From a virus: a stretch of 64,000 bases of DNA. The notes under the pieces are model-generated. The model did not search any database. It was not told where the DNA came from and worked only from the letters and a program-made list of their open reading frames with translations. Made by a program: the position numbers and the translations under genes. This document shows, piece by piece, positions 42,374 through 53,006 of this stretch (within the stretch, counting starts at the first letter, position 1; each line of letters begins with the position of its first letter). The stretch is taken from IMG/VR virus record IMGVR_UViG_3300012156_000141. One strand, 5' to 3'.

Positions 42374-42946
42374 ATGCAACCAATTGAGAGTTTTAAAATG
42401 AAATTTTATAATCCACATACACAAGAAGATATTATTTGTCAAATAGATGAAGCTGAATGCACGGATTATGTTGAGATGATGATAAAATCAAAGCATTCCG
42501 AGCCTTTAGAAGGATTTGCCAGATTGTCTTATGTGGAGATAAAAGAAGAAAAGTCGAACTCAATTATTGCCGTTTGTGTAGATTTTAAAAACATAAATGA
42601 AAAAATAATCTTAGATGTTTACGTTGCATTGCTGGAAACATATACTCAAAGACAAGGATATGGCACCATGCTATTTAATGCTATGCTGAAATATATTGAA
42701 GAAAGAGTGATTGCTTCGACTGGAGGAGAAGCGATTTTAAAGAGCATACGTGGTGAATTATCTTTTAAGGATAAGAAACTCGAAAATTGGAAGAAATCCA
42801 TTCCTTTTTACAATAATTTAGCATATTTATTGAAAGACCGGTTTTGTATACTCTTTAAAGATGATACAGACAATACCATTGATTCAAAGTTATTTGAAAG
42901 CCATGTCGAAAATGGTTTTTTCATTTTTGAAAATGTGTTTTATTAA
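42374..42946 (+). CDS. GNAT-like acetyltransferase
   Basis: QRQGYGTMLF acetyl-CoA motif A and IPFY; TGTTATAAT extended -10 upstream. Confidence 0.65.
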   Translation: MQPIESFKMKFYNPHTQEDIICQIDEAECTDYVEMMIKSKHSEPLEGFARLSYVEIKEEKSNSIIAVCVDFKNINEKIILDVYVALLETYTQRQGYGTMLFNAMLKYIEERVIASTGGEAILKSIRGELSFKDKKLENWKKSIPFYNNLAYLLKDRFCILFKDDTDNTIDSKLFESHVENGFFIFENVFY

Positions 42947-43209
42947 GAAAATTGGATGTTTGGATTATTTAAAATGCTTTTAGTGTAATAAATCATCGGG
43001 CATTTTATTTCTTTGAAGTTTGCTCTTGGATTGTTGAGTCTGTTATCAGTAAATAGAATGTTCCAACTTGTTTCAAAATCAATAAGAGAAAGACCTTTTG
43101 GAAAATCTTTGGGATTTATAAAAAACTCTGTTTTAGGTGGCATATTTAGATCTGTATAGTCGAGACCCAAAATCCGGTTATGATTAGGTGTTATTATAAT
43201 AATACTCAT
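42943..43209 (-). CDS. Hypothetical protein
   Basis: AAGGAG RBS; minus-strand CATAATA box at 43229-43235; its stop overlaps the convergent GNAT stop. Confidence 0.7.
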   Translation of the reverse strand: MSIIIITPNHNRILGLDYTDLNMPPKTEFFINPKDFPKGLSLIDFETSWNILFTDNRLNNPRANFKEIKCPMIYYTKSILNNPNIQFS

Positions 43210-43612
43210 CAGTTTCTCCTTTTATTTTTATTATGCGAGAAAATGGTAAACAATTATATATCTTTTATTTTATTCAGTTATTAAGAAAGCAGGACGTTTT
43301 CCCTATCTTTAATAGCTGATTTTTTATTTATAAAAGGCAGCAGGCCCAGGGACTTTGATTTTGTAGTTGACTCTGGAAAAGTAGAAACAGTAGCAGTGGC
43401 TGCAGAGAAACTTACTATTATAGGTAGGGACAGAGACGGGAACAGGGACAAAAACTGAGACAGGAGCTCTATGTGTATATTGCTGAAGAATGTACTCACA
43501 AGTTCACACGTTGATAACTGAATAGAGTAGAAATCTGATAAATCGGATGTTATTTTTAAGAAAAGATTGCATAATATATAGAGAGAATGATTGATGGAGA
43601 TTACGAGAGTTA

Positions 43613-43640
43613 TTGACATTATAATTCTATCTGGTATAAT
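43613..43640 (+). promoter_or_regulatory. Consensus sigma-A promoter
   Basis: TTGACA-16 nt-TATAAT with extended -10 TG. Confidence 0.8.
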
Positions 43641-43646
43641 TGAATT

Positions 43647-43757
43647 AACAAAAAAAAGCAGTACCATAAAGGCACTGCCTCTTTCCGAGTTTATTGATTG
43701 TCTTTATGACAATCACCCGGCTTGTCAGATGTTGGAGCATCAGACGAGCCTTTTTTC
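43647..43757 (+). ncRNA. Putative antisense RNA (type I antitoxin-like)
   Basis: Lies between the sigma-A promoter and a hairpin (43719-43750) with a T6 tract; overlaps the 3' part of the minus-strand small ORF and its terminator. Confidence 0.6.
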
Positions 43758-43852
43758 TTGCAATCACACAACGCCTTATGTACTTTAGACATTAGGCCGA
43801 TTGAGTGATGCACGAGTGCAACAATTTTGCACAAGATGTCAAAATTACTCAC
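43691..43852 (-). CDS. Small protein (53 aa, not in the ORF track), type I toxin-like
   Basis: GTG start after AAGAAAGGA; MSNFDILCKIVALVHHSIGLMSKVHKALCDCKKKGSSDAPTSDKPGDCHKDNQ; minus-strand TATAAT at 44020-44025 and terminator at 43650-43678. Confidence 0.5.
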   Translation of the reverse strand: MSNFDILCKIVALVHHSIGLMSKVHKALCDCKKKGSSDAPTSDKPGDCHKDNQ

Positions 43853-44538
43853 TAGGCAATCTGTTCCTTTCTTAAGTCTAGGCTATATGCCCGTGAAAAA
43901 CTCATAAATTATGGGTCTTTCAAAGACATACAACCTATACCGAGAAAGGTGCTTCATATCTGACTGTTCCCTATATTCCGTAGGGTAAATACAAACACTC
44001 CACTTGTCTGAGGAACAAAATTATATTACCATAAAATGTTAACTGTGTACAGACTTAATCTTACGATTTCTATTTTATTCAGTTATTAATGAGCAGTGCT
44101 GTTTGTCTCTGTTAATAACTGCTTTTATTAAGGTCAAAAACATGATGTGTTGATTCTGACTCCGTACTAAGCGTTTGAAAGTGTAAGCTGACTCGGAATC
44201 CGTACTTGGCTCTGAAAATAAGTGAAGGCAGGGATAAAGACAATGATGGCAGCATGGACAACAGAAATGGTGCTTGAACGTTCCTGATAGTTGTGCCATA
44301 GTAAACGGCTTTGCTCATGGCTCTGTTAACAACAGATTTCTTACAGCCAAAAACATATCAGGAGCAGCGGCATTTGTGCCAGCTAAACAACATTAATGAA
44401 TAATCCAATAAAAAGGCCTTGGGTCTTTTTTTATTTTCACTCTAAATCTTTTCTTAAAAGCAACATACTAAAAAGAAAGTGTATTAAAGTTCTGTTCTAA
44501 CCTACTAAAGACAGAACTAATAAAAATAGGAGGTTGTA

Positions 44539-47500
44539 ATGATCAATAAAATAAAATTATTTTTAGAACACAAAAAACGACCAATTGCGGTTATGATGGC
44601 CTGTTTGTTATTTGTCGCAGCAATTATACCGAGTCTAGTCAATACAATTGAAGCATCAGCTCAAACGGTAAGAGTAATGGGACGAAATAAGTGGACATAT
44701 GGTGGAAAAACCAGGTACCAATGGGTTGGTTCTGATGATGTTACATATTTTTGTGCCGAACCAGGAGTACATAACTCAAACCCAGGACAAAAAAGCGAAT
44801 ATTCTCCAGGAAGTACAAGAGGGATATATCAGAGTCTGGATTATCATTGTAAAATTGCTGCAATGGGTTATTGTTACAATAATAAATTAGTATCCTACAA
44901 AGATGCTCAGGTTTATCTTTGGAATGGTTGTTCAGGAAATGCCATCATTGATGCATGGGCGGCACAATTTATTGCAGAACAATCAGGTACATCTGTCGGT
45001 GGATTTTCATTGCCATTACATATGTACCAATCACCAGAACTATCTCGTACAGATCCAATTGAAATTAAATTAGTAAATGGTAATGAATTTGTAGCAGAAA
45101 TACCATTAACATCTGAACAGGAAGATGTGTTTTCAGATCCAGGTACTCTTTTTAGTATTGAAGGTTATACCAACTGGACAAAAATAATTGAAAACGGGAA
45201 GTTAAAAATAACTTTTCTGGGAGGGACAAAGCCAAACTTGTCATCTGCAATGAAGATTACGCCATCATTAATCAAAGCAACACAATACGGCTTGAGCAAC
45301 GGAAAACCTACTGTATACTATATTTATCAAGAGGGCCAAGACTTCATTACTGGCAATTATATCCAAATTCCTGCCGAGTACTATCTTGACTTTGCCACTG
45401 ATCCCATGCCGGTAGAGGTACAAGATTCTGAATGTACAGCTATTTTGCATGAAGAAGTATTTCAGACAACATATAACATTGATTTGTATAAATATGACTA
45501 TGAAACAGGAAAATCATTAGAGGGTTCTGAATGGAATGTCCTTGAAGCGTTTGATGATGGGCAGGATGGAATTGGAGATGGTCATAATGGAACCGTGTCA
45601 CTGGATTTAATGAATCCTCAAGAATCTTCATGGGATGGATACCATACATGTGCTGTAAACCTGCGCACTGATACAAATGGCTATATTAAACATACAGACA
45701 TAAGATCTTATTATTATGCAAAAACTTATTGTACTGGTCACCCAGAACCCGAATCGACTGGTGATGAAGAGGAAGATGAGGATGCAATGGCTGAATGGGA
45801 AGCACAAGTTGCTGCTTGTGAAGCATCTACCTCATTTCACTCAATTGAACCCGGTGAAGGGTATCAAGCAATGATTGCCGACAGAGATGCTACTTATGAG
45901 GCATTTATTAACTTAGAATATCAATACACAATGCAGGAATCAAATGCAAGAATTGGCTATTCCAAACATGATTTACATGCAGATGATGTCAGAATCCCAG
46001 TTGTAACTATTGCCTCTTCTGAATCAGGAAAACAACAGAAATGGGCAAATGAATACTCTGATAATATTGTTTCAACTGGAATTTACACACCTAAATATAA
46101 AGATTTTACAGTTGGTCTTAGTGATGATAGTTCGGATGGAGATGATGATGACTATAATGGTGAAATGGAGTATTTCATTACTGATGCAATTGTTATAGCT
46201 ATCTCTGACTCTGGAAAAACGATTAAAGTGGATAATGATGGTGAAACCTTAACTTTTGATATATCAAAAGCGAACATTGATTATGATGGACTAAGCAAAA
46301 TAGAAATAGGCTGCTATGTGGATGTCAATTATGTAGAACAATCCGGAAGTGATAAACATAAAGCACTGGATATTTATGCTTATGGCAAAATGGAACCAGA
46401 ATACAGGAATGTTTCCGGATATGTCAAATCCGTTAGTGGAAAGAAAATGGTAATAGAGCCAGATGATGGTTCATCACCAACACAATACGATTTCACGCAG
46501 GCATACAAAAATGATGAAATCTATAATGATTATACATCATCTAAAATACCAACAGTAGGTTCGTATATTGTAGATATGGAATATATCTATACTGGAAGCG
46601 GATATCAAACAGTCGAAAATATGGAATTTGTTCCTAAGAAATGCTTAGCAGATGCCGGGTACTTGTTAATGCCATTAATGCATGTAGAAGGGACATTCTT
46701 TACAACAACAGAACTTATAGATAAGACCTATGAACAAACCCTGGAAGAAACTTCAGAGGAAAAGAACTTTGTTAGTGAAAACGATTTTGATGAAGTTGAC
46801 GAAATAAATGTAACTAGTGAAATCAAAGGGACAGTAAAAAGGGTTAGTACCAAGGCAACAGATTCAAATGTTACATCAATATCTGAAGATGATTTCATCT
46901 TTGAAAGTGATGATGACTTGGAAACGGATATTGATGATGCCCTTGCAACGGCATCAAATGCGGTTATAATGACCTATACTGCTGATGGTGAATATTTAAA
47001 TGTGAATAATGAAGCTTACCCAAGTTCTATTTCCAGACTAAATAGAAACATAGCAGCACTAAGTGTTAGTGGTGAAAATACTAATGCGGATATTACTCAA
47101 TATTCATCTAAAGAGAATAGCCCAAAAGCAGAACCACCAGATGAAAGCAATACAATTCTTATGACATGGAAGGTTTATGACCACCGTTTTGAGGGTGAAA
47201 TCCATATTAATAAAAGAGACTTAAGCCTATCAACTTTAGAACAAAAGAACGGGAACTTTGATGCTTATGCAATAGCAAACGGAGATGCTACATTAGAAGG
47301 TGCTGTTTATGGTTTGTTTGCAGCAGAGGATATTATACATCCAGATGGAAAAACCGGAGCTGTATTCCAAACAAATGATTTAGTGGCAGTAGCAACCACG
47401 GACAGAAATGGCGACGCTTCATTTATGGCATTTACCGAAAGTCCAGGAACCACTTTAGACGAAAAGGGTAACATTCTACCATCTCAAACCTCAAGCACCA

Positions 47501-50500
47501 ACATCTTTGATATGAATGGATATCGAGATGACTATCCTGATGATGACAATCTTGGTAGAATTTATTTCGATAACATTAATCAAAATGGTAATGCATGGAT
47601 TGGACGCCCACTCATTTGTGGAGAACATAATTATTACATAAAAGAACTTTCAAGGTCTGAGGGATATGAGTTATCTGTATCAGGAAAAGATAAAAACGAT
47701 ACAAACTTTGGTTCCGAATCAACAATTGACTTTGCATTAAGCGGTAAAGCAAAATTTAGTCCAGCTCCCTACTGGAACAATCAGGTCGGTAGTGGCGACA
47801 AACTGGATACAGCAAGTGTAGAGTTTAGCGTAGAATCAATAAATACAAAAAACGGATACACTCTTTCTACTAAAAAATACATAGAAGGAACAACATTCTA
47901 TTTTATAACCCATAACTATGTTGATCAACCTGTTGAGGTGGAAGTAGGAACAAAAGAAGTACCAATTACTAATAAAAATGGAAATCCAGTATACAAAACA
48001 TATAATGCTAGTGACATAAAATATGATGCAAATGGAAGTCCAATCTATCTGATTAGAACAACAACAGAAACAGAAGTTAGAGACAATAATAATAACCTAT
48101 CTATTATTACTGGAATGAGTGCTTCGGATAGTGCGAAGTATTTGTTCAAAGATGGAACAGGCTCAATTATTAATGACCCAGCAACAGGAGCAACAACTGT
48201 TCCTAAAATAAGAAAGAATCAATATGCTTCCGGTGGAACAGTATCAGTAACAATTGACCCAGCAAAACCATTAGGAGATTATTCCACAGTTCGTTCTGCA
48301 TCAATGAATATTCTGACTGGATTAGGATATTTGGTAACTGATGATGATGGTGGATTTACTACCATTACCTTAACAGGAACAACAAATCAAGAGTTTGTTA
48401 ATCAAATCGTTAATTGGTATGTGCAAAATCCGTTTTGGAATGCTGCAGAAGTAGAAGATGTTTACCTGGATATCGATGGCAAGTACAAAGCTATACTGCT
48501 TTATGATTATGCAGAAGTTGTTAGCGGAAATATGAAATACTACACATGGGTGTATGAAGAGAGCACAGGCGACCTTTACTATTGCGCCAAATATCCTGTA
48601 GTAGGCAGAAATGGAATTAATAGAGGTACATATAGAACTTATATAAAATTTAACTCTAGTGAAATAACGCCTATCTATGGATTAGCAGGAACAATTCGTT
48701 CCTTCTCAATTGACCATATGAGAAGAATTCCTGATGGAACACAACTTGTATTAGGTGAAGACATTTCAAAATACATAGCAAATGAATACTACAAAAAATA
48801 TGACACTTATAATGGTGGAGAATTTGTTTTAGATAGTAATGGTAATAAAATACAGGAAACAGAATTTATTCCAGTTTATGACACTGTTATTACATCAGTA
48901 GACAACCCAACTTATACCCAAATTCCCGCAATTTGGAATGAGGCAAAACAATCATATGAATTCGTTGTTTCAGAAGCCGACATTGCACAATATGGCTTTG
49001 CCTCTGACGAAAATATTGATTGGACTCGGGTAGAGTTTAAAGCAACATCACCAGAGAAGTATATCACCATTAATGGCTCTAAGATGGAATATGGCCAGTA
49101 TTTAGAATACTATGGTGTAATGAACTTAAGCGTAAATAAATCACAAGAGCAGCTTGAAGCAGAGAAAGCTTCCTACATTGTTTATAAGCAATTACCAAAT
49201 GGAACTCAGATGGTAGTTAAAATAGATGGTGATACTGGTGAGGCGCCGATTGCTGTTCAAGAAAGACCCATCAAGCAACAGATAAAAATAATAAAGGATA
49301 TCCAAGTAAATGAAGATGGTTCCTATGCTGATGATACATACTCAGCAGTACATGCAGACAACTTATCTACCAATGAATATAATCGCTGGTTAGACAAAGT
49401 ACCAGATTGGCTATCAAGTTTAATTGGTGGTAACGAGCCAGAAAACACAACCGCATATGTCCCTGACTTTAGATTCAAGATATACTTAAAATCTAATTTA
49501 GAGCGTTTGTACCGTGATAATGATGGCAACGTTGTTTGGATGGATAGAAACGGAAACACATTATCTCCAGAATATAAAGATTTAGATGGAGATGGAAACT
49601 ATGACACATTTGTATGGAAAGATGTAAATGATAAGGTCACGGATTTCCCTGAAGAAGCAAGAATTAGTGATGAAAGAAAAATTGAATCTTCCAATGTGCA
49701 GAAGATTTATACAAAAGTAGAACACAATACAGGGTCAAAAACTGTTGGAGATATTAACAATAATGTTTGGACCACATATGATGACCCACAGACCGATGAT
49801 ATTGAACATGTTGGTGAGAAGTATGGATATTCCACATCGCTGTTTGATTCAGAAGGAAATGCAGTTCTCATTAATGATTCTCTTTACAGTTACAATGATA
49901 AGAATATCAATGTAAATAAGACAGATCGTATTAACAAAGAACAAAATATTGGCTATACAAGAATTTTAGAAAGTGTTGATGAAATTTATAATTACAGTAA
50001 GTTCTTTGATGCGATTCATGTGGCTAATATCGACAAGTGGGATAGTGATATGATATCTGGTACTGAAAACTATCCCGGACAGAATTGGTTTGATACATTT
50101 GACAACCAGTACCAAAAAGAAGATGAAAACACCTCTTATAAACCATTCCAGTGGATAAGAGAACAGCTATTTGGAAGCACCTTTGACTCAGCCTCTGAAT
50201 ATGAAGCAATTCATGATAATGTAAACATAGAGAATGAGAAAAACACTTCTGTAATAGCCCATAAAAATTCTCAAGCATCCAATGCAGTAAGACAGTTTGC
50301 GATTGGTTGGTATCTAAAAGATGAAGTTGCCAAACTGCTTGTAAATAACGGATATGACGAAGATGTAGCTAAAACAATTATAATTGAATCCGATGGAACT
50401 GTAAAAGTTAATGAGTATGCTGGAGTAGTAGACTATAGCGAGGAAATATATGATATTGCATTATATAATGCTATAGGGAAAACATATAATTACTTAAAAC

Positions 50501-52017
50501 CATTCTTTGATAATGATATGGATACTATTTATTCTGTTGTTATTGATAATGAAATAGATGGTGGAAGTGATAATGATATCACTACATTAAGTGCAAATGA
50601 ATTATACGATAAGTCAGAAAATAGCTATTATTATGGAGTATCTGCTTATTTGCCATATGGAACCTATATAATTGTTGAGAAACAGCCATCAGAAATCAAT
50701 CTTGGCGATTTTGATAACAAACACTATAAAACCGATACACCAAAAGAAATCAGTTTGCCTATTGTTTATACTGCTGCAACTGATGAATTATATTCTTACT
50801 TTAATTATCAGACATCCGATACGCCTGAAAAGATGATTGAGAAATATCAAATCAGATTTAATGAAGAATGGGCTAATAATCATACCGACGATTTAAGAGG
50901 ATATGTGATTCGGGCACATGGAAATAATGGAGATTTTGAAATCTACAAATATGGTTTTGATATGTATAAATTAACTGATATAATTAGTTATAATTCCGGT
51001 TCATATAATTATAAAGGAATAGCCATAACACAAGATGTCTATGACCCTTTGAAGGATTACTATAACTCTCCATTGGTAGATATGCTGGAAGCTGGTGGCA
51101 ATGAAAACAGTCATTACTATGCTGATGATGTAAATGGAAGCAAAGAAACACCAAACGGAAAAGGGTATGGTAGTGATGAAATCGAAAAGAGATATCATTA
51201 TGGTTCCATCTCTGAACATGCAGGTGAAAAGAATGGTACAAAGACCCTGACTGGTGTTCAAACCATGTATGATGGCCAATATGCAACAGCGTTAGTGCCA
51301 TGGTCAGTGACAGAGCCAATTGAATCAGATCAATATGATGTAGATGGATATCTTGGTTATGCAGATATTGCATTCCACAATAGTTTCTATACTACAAAGT
51401 TTAGAATTGAAAAACTAGATTCAGAAACTGGTGAGAACATATTACATGATGGAGCAATCTTTGGTTTATATGCTGCTAGCAGATATACAGTACAAGCAGA
51501 AGTAGATGCGGCAATTGTTAAAGGTGCACCGGCAACAACCAAGATCGGTGATGTCAAATTCTATACAGAAGATACAATGATTAATGGAACTTACGAGTTT
51601 TTAAAGGCTATGGGAGCTAAGAACATAACTTCAGTAAAACGAATTATGGGTGATAGAAATAATAGTTTTACAGGAACGGTACCTGCCGGAACACCAGTAT
51701 GCGTAGAAAGTGAGCAAATTATACTCTATGATGAGACTGGTGCTAAAACGGGTGATATGACGGTCTATACAACAACTAATGATGTAGATATGGTAAACGA
51801 AAAGAATGATGACAAATCTTATAATGACCAGAACACAGGCTATTTTGTAACACCCGAGCCTATTGGTGCCGGCGTTTATGTGTTAGCCGAGCTAAAAGCT
51901 CCTATTGGTTATTCAAGAACGAAACCAATAGCAATTGAGGTTTATTCAGATGAAGTAACCTATTATCTGAATGGAGACATGGAGTCAAGAATAACTGCTA
52001 CTATTTATCAACAATAA
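44539..52017 (+). CDS. Giant secreted adhesin-like protein with SpaA/Cna-B-type domains; no C-terminal sorting signal
   Basis: Signal peptide; YFCAEPG (thioester-domain-like); GDATLEGAVYGLFAAEDIIHPDG, YYIKELSRSEGY, KLDSETGE...GAIFGLY, YVLAELKAPIGY. Confidence 0.85.
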   Translation: MINKIKLFLEHKKRPIAVMMACLLFVAAIIPSLVNTIEASAQTVRVMGRNKWTYGGKTRYQWVGSDDVTYFCAEPGVHNSNPGQKSEYSPGSTRGIYQSLDYHCKIAAMGYCYNNKLVSYKDAQVYLWNGCSGNAIIDAWAAQFIAEQSGTSVGGFSLPLHMYQSPELSRTDPIEIKLVNGNEFVAEIPLTSEQEDVFSDPGTLFSIEGYTNWTKIIENGKLKITFLGGTKPNLSSAMKITPSLIKATQYGLSNGKPTVYYIYQEGQDFITGNYIQIPAEYYLDFATDPMPVEVQDSECTAILHEEVFQTTYNIDLYKYDYETGKSLEGSEWNVLEAFDDGQDGIGDGHNGTVSLDLMNPQESSWDGYHTCAVNLRTDTNGYIKHTDIRSYYYAKTYCTGHPEPESTGDEEEDEDAMAEWEAQVAACEASTSFHSIEPGEGYQAMIADRDATYEAFINLEYQYTMQESNARIGYSKHDLHADDVRIPVVTIASSESGKQQKWANEYSDNIVSTGIYTPKYKDFTVGLSDDSSDGDDDDYNGEMEYFITDAIVIAISDSGKTIKVDNDGETLTFDISKANIDYDGLSKIEIGCYVDVNYVEQSGSDKHKALDIYAYGKMEPEYRNVSGYVKSVSGKKMVIEPDDGSSPTQYDFTQAYKNDEIYNDYTSSKIPTVGSYIVDMEYIYTGSGYQTVENMEFVPKKCLADAGYLLMPLMHVEGTFFTTTELIDKTYEQTLEETSEEKNFVSENDFDEVDEINVTSEIKGTVKRVSTKATDSNVTSISEDDFIFESDDDLETDIDDALATASNAVIMTYTADGEYLNVNNEAYPSSISRLNRNIAALSVSGENTNADITQYSSKENSPKAEPPDESNTILMTWKVYDHRFEGEIHINKRDLSLSTLEQKNGNFDAYAIANGDATLEGAVYGLFAAEDIIHPDGKTGAVFQTNDLVAVATTDRNGDASFMAFTESPGTTLDEKGNILPSQTSSTNIFDMNGYRDDYPDDDNLGRIYFDNINQNGNAWIGRPLICGEHNYYIKELSRSEGYELSVSGKDKNDTNFGSESTIDFALSGKAKFSPAPYWNNQVGSGDKLDTASVEFSVESINTKNGYTLSTKKYIEGTTFYFITHNYVDQPVEVEVGTKEVPITNKNGNPVYKTYNASDIKYDANGSPIYLIRTTTETEVRDNNNNLSIITGMSASDSAKYLFKDGTGSIINDPATGATTVPKIRKNQYASGGTVSVTIDPAKPLGDYSTVRSASMNILTGLGYLVTDDDGGFTTITLTGTTNQEFVNQIVNWYVQNPFWNAAEVEDVYLDIDGKYKAILLYDYAEVVSGNMKYYTWVYEESTGDLYYCAKYPVVGRNGINRGTYRTYIKFNSSEITPIYGLAGTIRSFSIDHMRRIPDGTQLVLGEDISKYIANEYYKKYDTYNGGEFVLDSNGNKIQETEFIPVYDTVITSVDNPTYTQIPAIWNEAKQSYEFVVSEADIAQYGFASDENIDWTRVEFKATSPEKYITINGSKMEYGQYLEYYGVMNLSVNKSQEQLEAEKASYIVYKQLPNGTQMVVKIDGDTGEAPIAVQERPIKQQIKIIKDIQVNEDGSYADDTYSAVHADNLSTNEYNRWLDKVPDWLSSLIGGNEPENTTAYVPDFRFKIYLKSNLERLYRDNDGNVVWMDRNGNTLSPEYKDLDGDGNYDTFVWKDVNDKVTDFPEEARISDERKIESSNVQKIYTKVEHNTGSKTVGDINNNVWTTYDDPQTDDIEHVGEKYGYSTSLFDSEGNAVLINDSLYSYNDKNINVNKTDRINKEQNIGYTRILESVDEIYNYSKFFDAIHVANIDKWDSDMISGTENYPGQNWFDTFDNQYQKEDENTSYKPFQWIREQLFGSTFDSASEYEAIHDNVNIENEKNTSVIAHKNSQASNAVRQFAIGWYLKDEVAKLLVNNGYDEDVAKTIIIESDGTVKVNEYAGVVDYSEEIYDIALYNAIGKTYNYLKPFFDNDMDTIYSVVIDNEIDGGSDNDITTLSANELYDKSENSYYYGVSAYLPYGTYIIVEKQPSEINLGDFDNKHYKTDTPKEISLPIVYTAATDELYSYFNYQTSDTPEKMIEKYQIRFNEEWANNHTDDLRGYVIRAHGNNGDFEIYKYGFDMYKLTDIISYNSGSYNYKGIAITQDVYDPLKDYYNSPLVDMLEAGGNENSHYYADDVNGSKETPNGKGYGSDEIEKRYHYGSISEHAGEKNGTKTLTGVQTMYDGQYATALVPWSVTEPIESDQYDVDGYLGYADIAFHNSFYTTKFRIEKLDSETGENILHDGAIFGLYAASRYTVQAEVDAAIVKGAPATTKIGDVKFYTEDTMINGTYEFLKAMGAKNITSVKRIMGDRNNSFTGTVPAGTPVCVESEQIILYDETGAKTGDMTVYTTTNDVDMVNEKNDDKSYNDQNTGYFVTPEPIGAGVYVLAELKAPIGYSRTKPIAIEVYSDEVTYYLNGDMESRITATIYQQ

Positions 52018-52043
52018 AAGAGAAGCCTTCGGGCTTCTTCTTT
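52017..52043. terminator. Bidirectional terminator between convergent genes
   Basis: AAAGAGAAGCC-TTCG-GGCTTCTTCTTT. Confidence 0.85.
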
Positions 52044-52049
52044 ATAGCT

Positions 52050-52754
52050 TTAATATTCATCATCCCAACCCATTGACAGTTTTTCATCATCTGTCATTTC
52101 AACATAATCGTATTTATGTTCTTCATGATATTTTTTTTCTTCTTCCCACCATTTTTGTTCTCTATATTCTGCTTCCTGTTGTTTCATTTCCTGATATTTT
52201 ATATCATCTAAATAATTTTTGCATTCTTTTGGTAGTTTTCCATATTTTGCAATATGAATACCAATTGATTGATTTAGCTCTGGTCTGACATTATATGTTA
52301 GATTTTTTTCCTTAAAAAAAATGGTCATTGCATTTGCGGCAGCCATATTAAAATCCATATTTGGTCTCTTATTTAAAATAGATTCAATTTTAGGAGCAAT
52401 GTCTTTTACTGATATGCATGCGGCCAAATCAAAATTGCTGCAAAAAAATTCAAACGTCAATTGTTTGTAGACATCATCCTCAATCGCCAAAAATCGTTCG
52501 TTTCCTTTTTTAACTAAGTATTTTCCTTTTTTTTCAATAACTAAGGAAAGACTCTTATTTGTCTCAATTAACTCTTTATTAATAATAATATAAAAATCCG
52601 ATTTTCTATTAAATAAAAGTTTTTCTTCTTTAAGCAGTGGTTCATAAGTCAATATTTTTAGATTCGTTAGTTTATTATATGTATAACAGATTGAACTAAA
52701 AGTATTCATCTCAGAGCCAATGAATTCCTTTGCCATATCATCATAATCTTTCAT
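52050..52754 (-). CDS. Hypothetical protein
   Basis: GGAGGTG RBS; minus-strand sigma-A-like TGATATAAT upstream. Confidence 0.8.
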   Translation of the reverse strand: MKDYDDMAKEFIGSEMNTFSSICYTYNKLTNLKILTYEPLLKEEKLLFNRKSDFYIIINKELIETNKSLSLVIEKKGKYLVKKGNERFLAIEDDVYKQLTFEFFCSNFDLAACISVKDIAPKIESILNKRPNMDFNMAAANAMTIFFKEKNLTYNVRPELNQSIGIHIAKYGKLPKECKNYLDDIKYQEMKQQEAEYREQKWWEEEKKYHEEHKYDYVEMTDDEKLSMGWDDEY

Positions 52755-53006
52755 GGCTTAAAAACACCTCCAGTTTTTTCTTTAAATTATATCATGATTA
52801 AAGCCAAATGCAATATTATTTGCTAAAAATATTCATAAATTATAAATAATAATACAAAAATGATATATAAAAGTCAAAACAGACATACTATAATCAGATT
52901 AAATATACATTATTCTTAAATAACAATGATAAATAAGGTTGTAAAAAAAAGGAAAATATGTTTAAATAAAATGTAAAACTGATAATATGGGACTAGAGGA
53001 GTAAGC

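Larger units (their letters stand above)
42276..44089. repeat. Four alternating copies of TATTCAGTTATTAA forming two inverted-repeat pairs
   Basis: 42276-42289 (rev), 43271-43284 (fwd), 43511-43524 (rev, 1 mismatch), 44076-44089 (fwd); 43511-43535 and 44065-44089 match at 22 of 25 positions as an inverted repeat. Confidence 0.8.

Noticed and set aside
43281-44318. Track ORFs 43281..43667, 43591..43788, 44075..44299 and 44112..44318
   Set aside because: No RBS, atypical composition, and they run across promoters, terminators and repeats.
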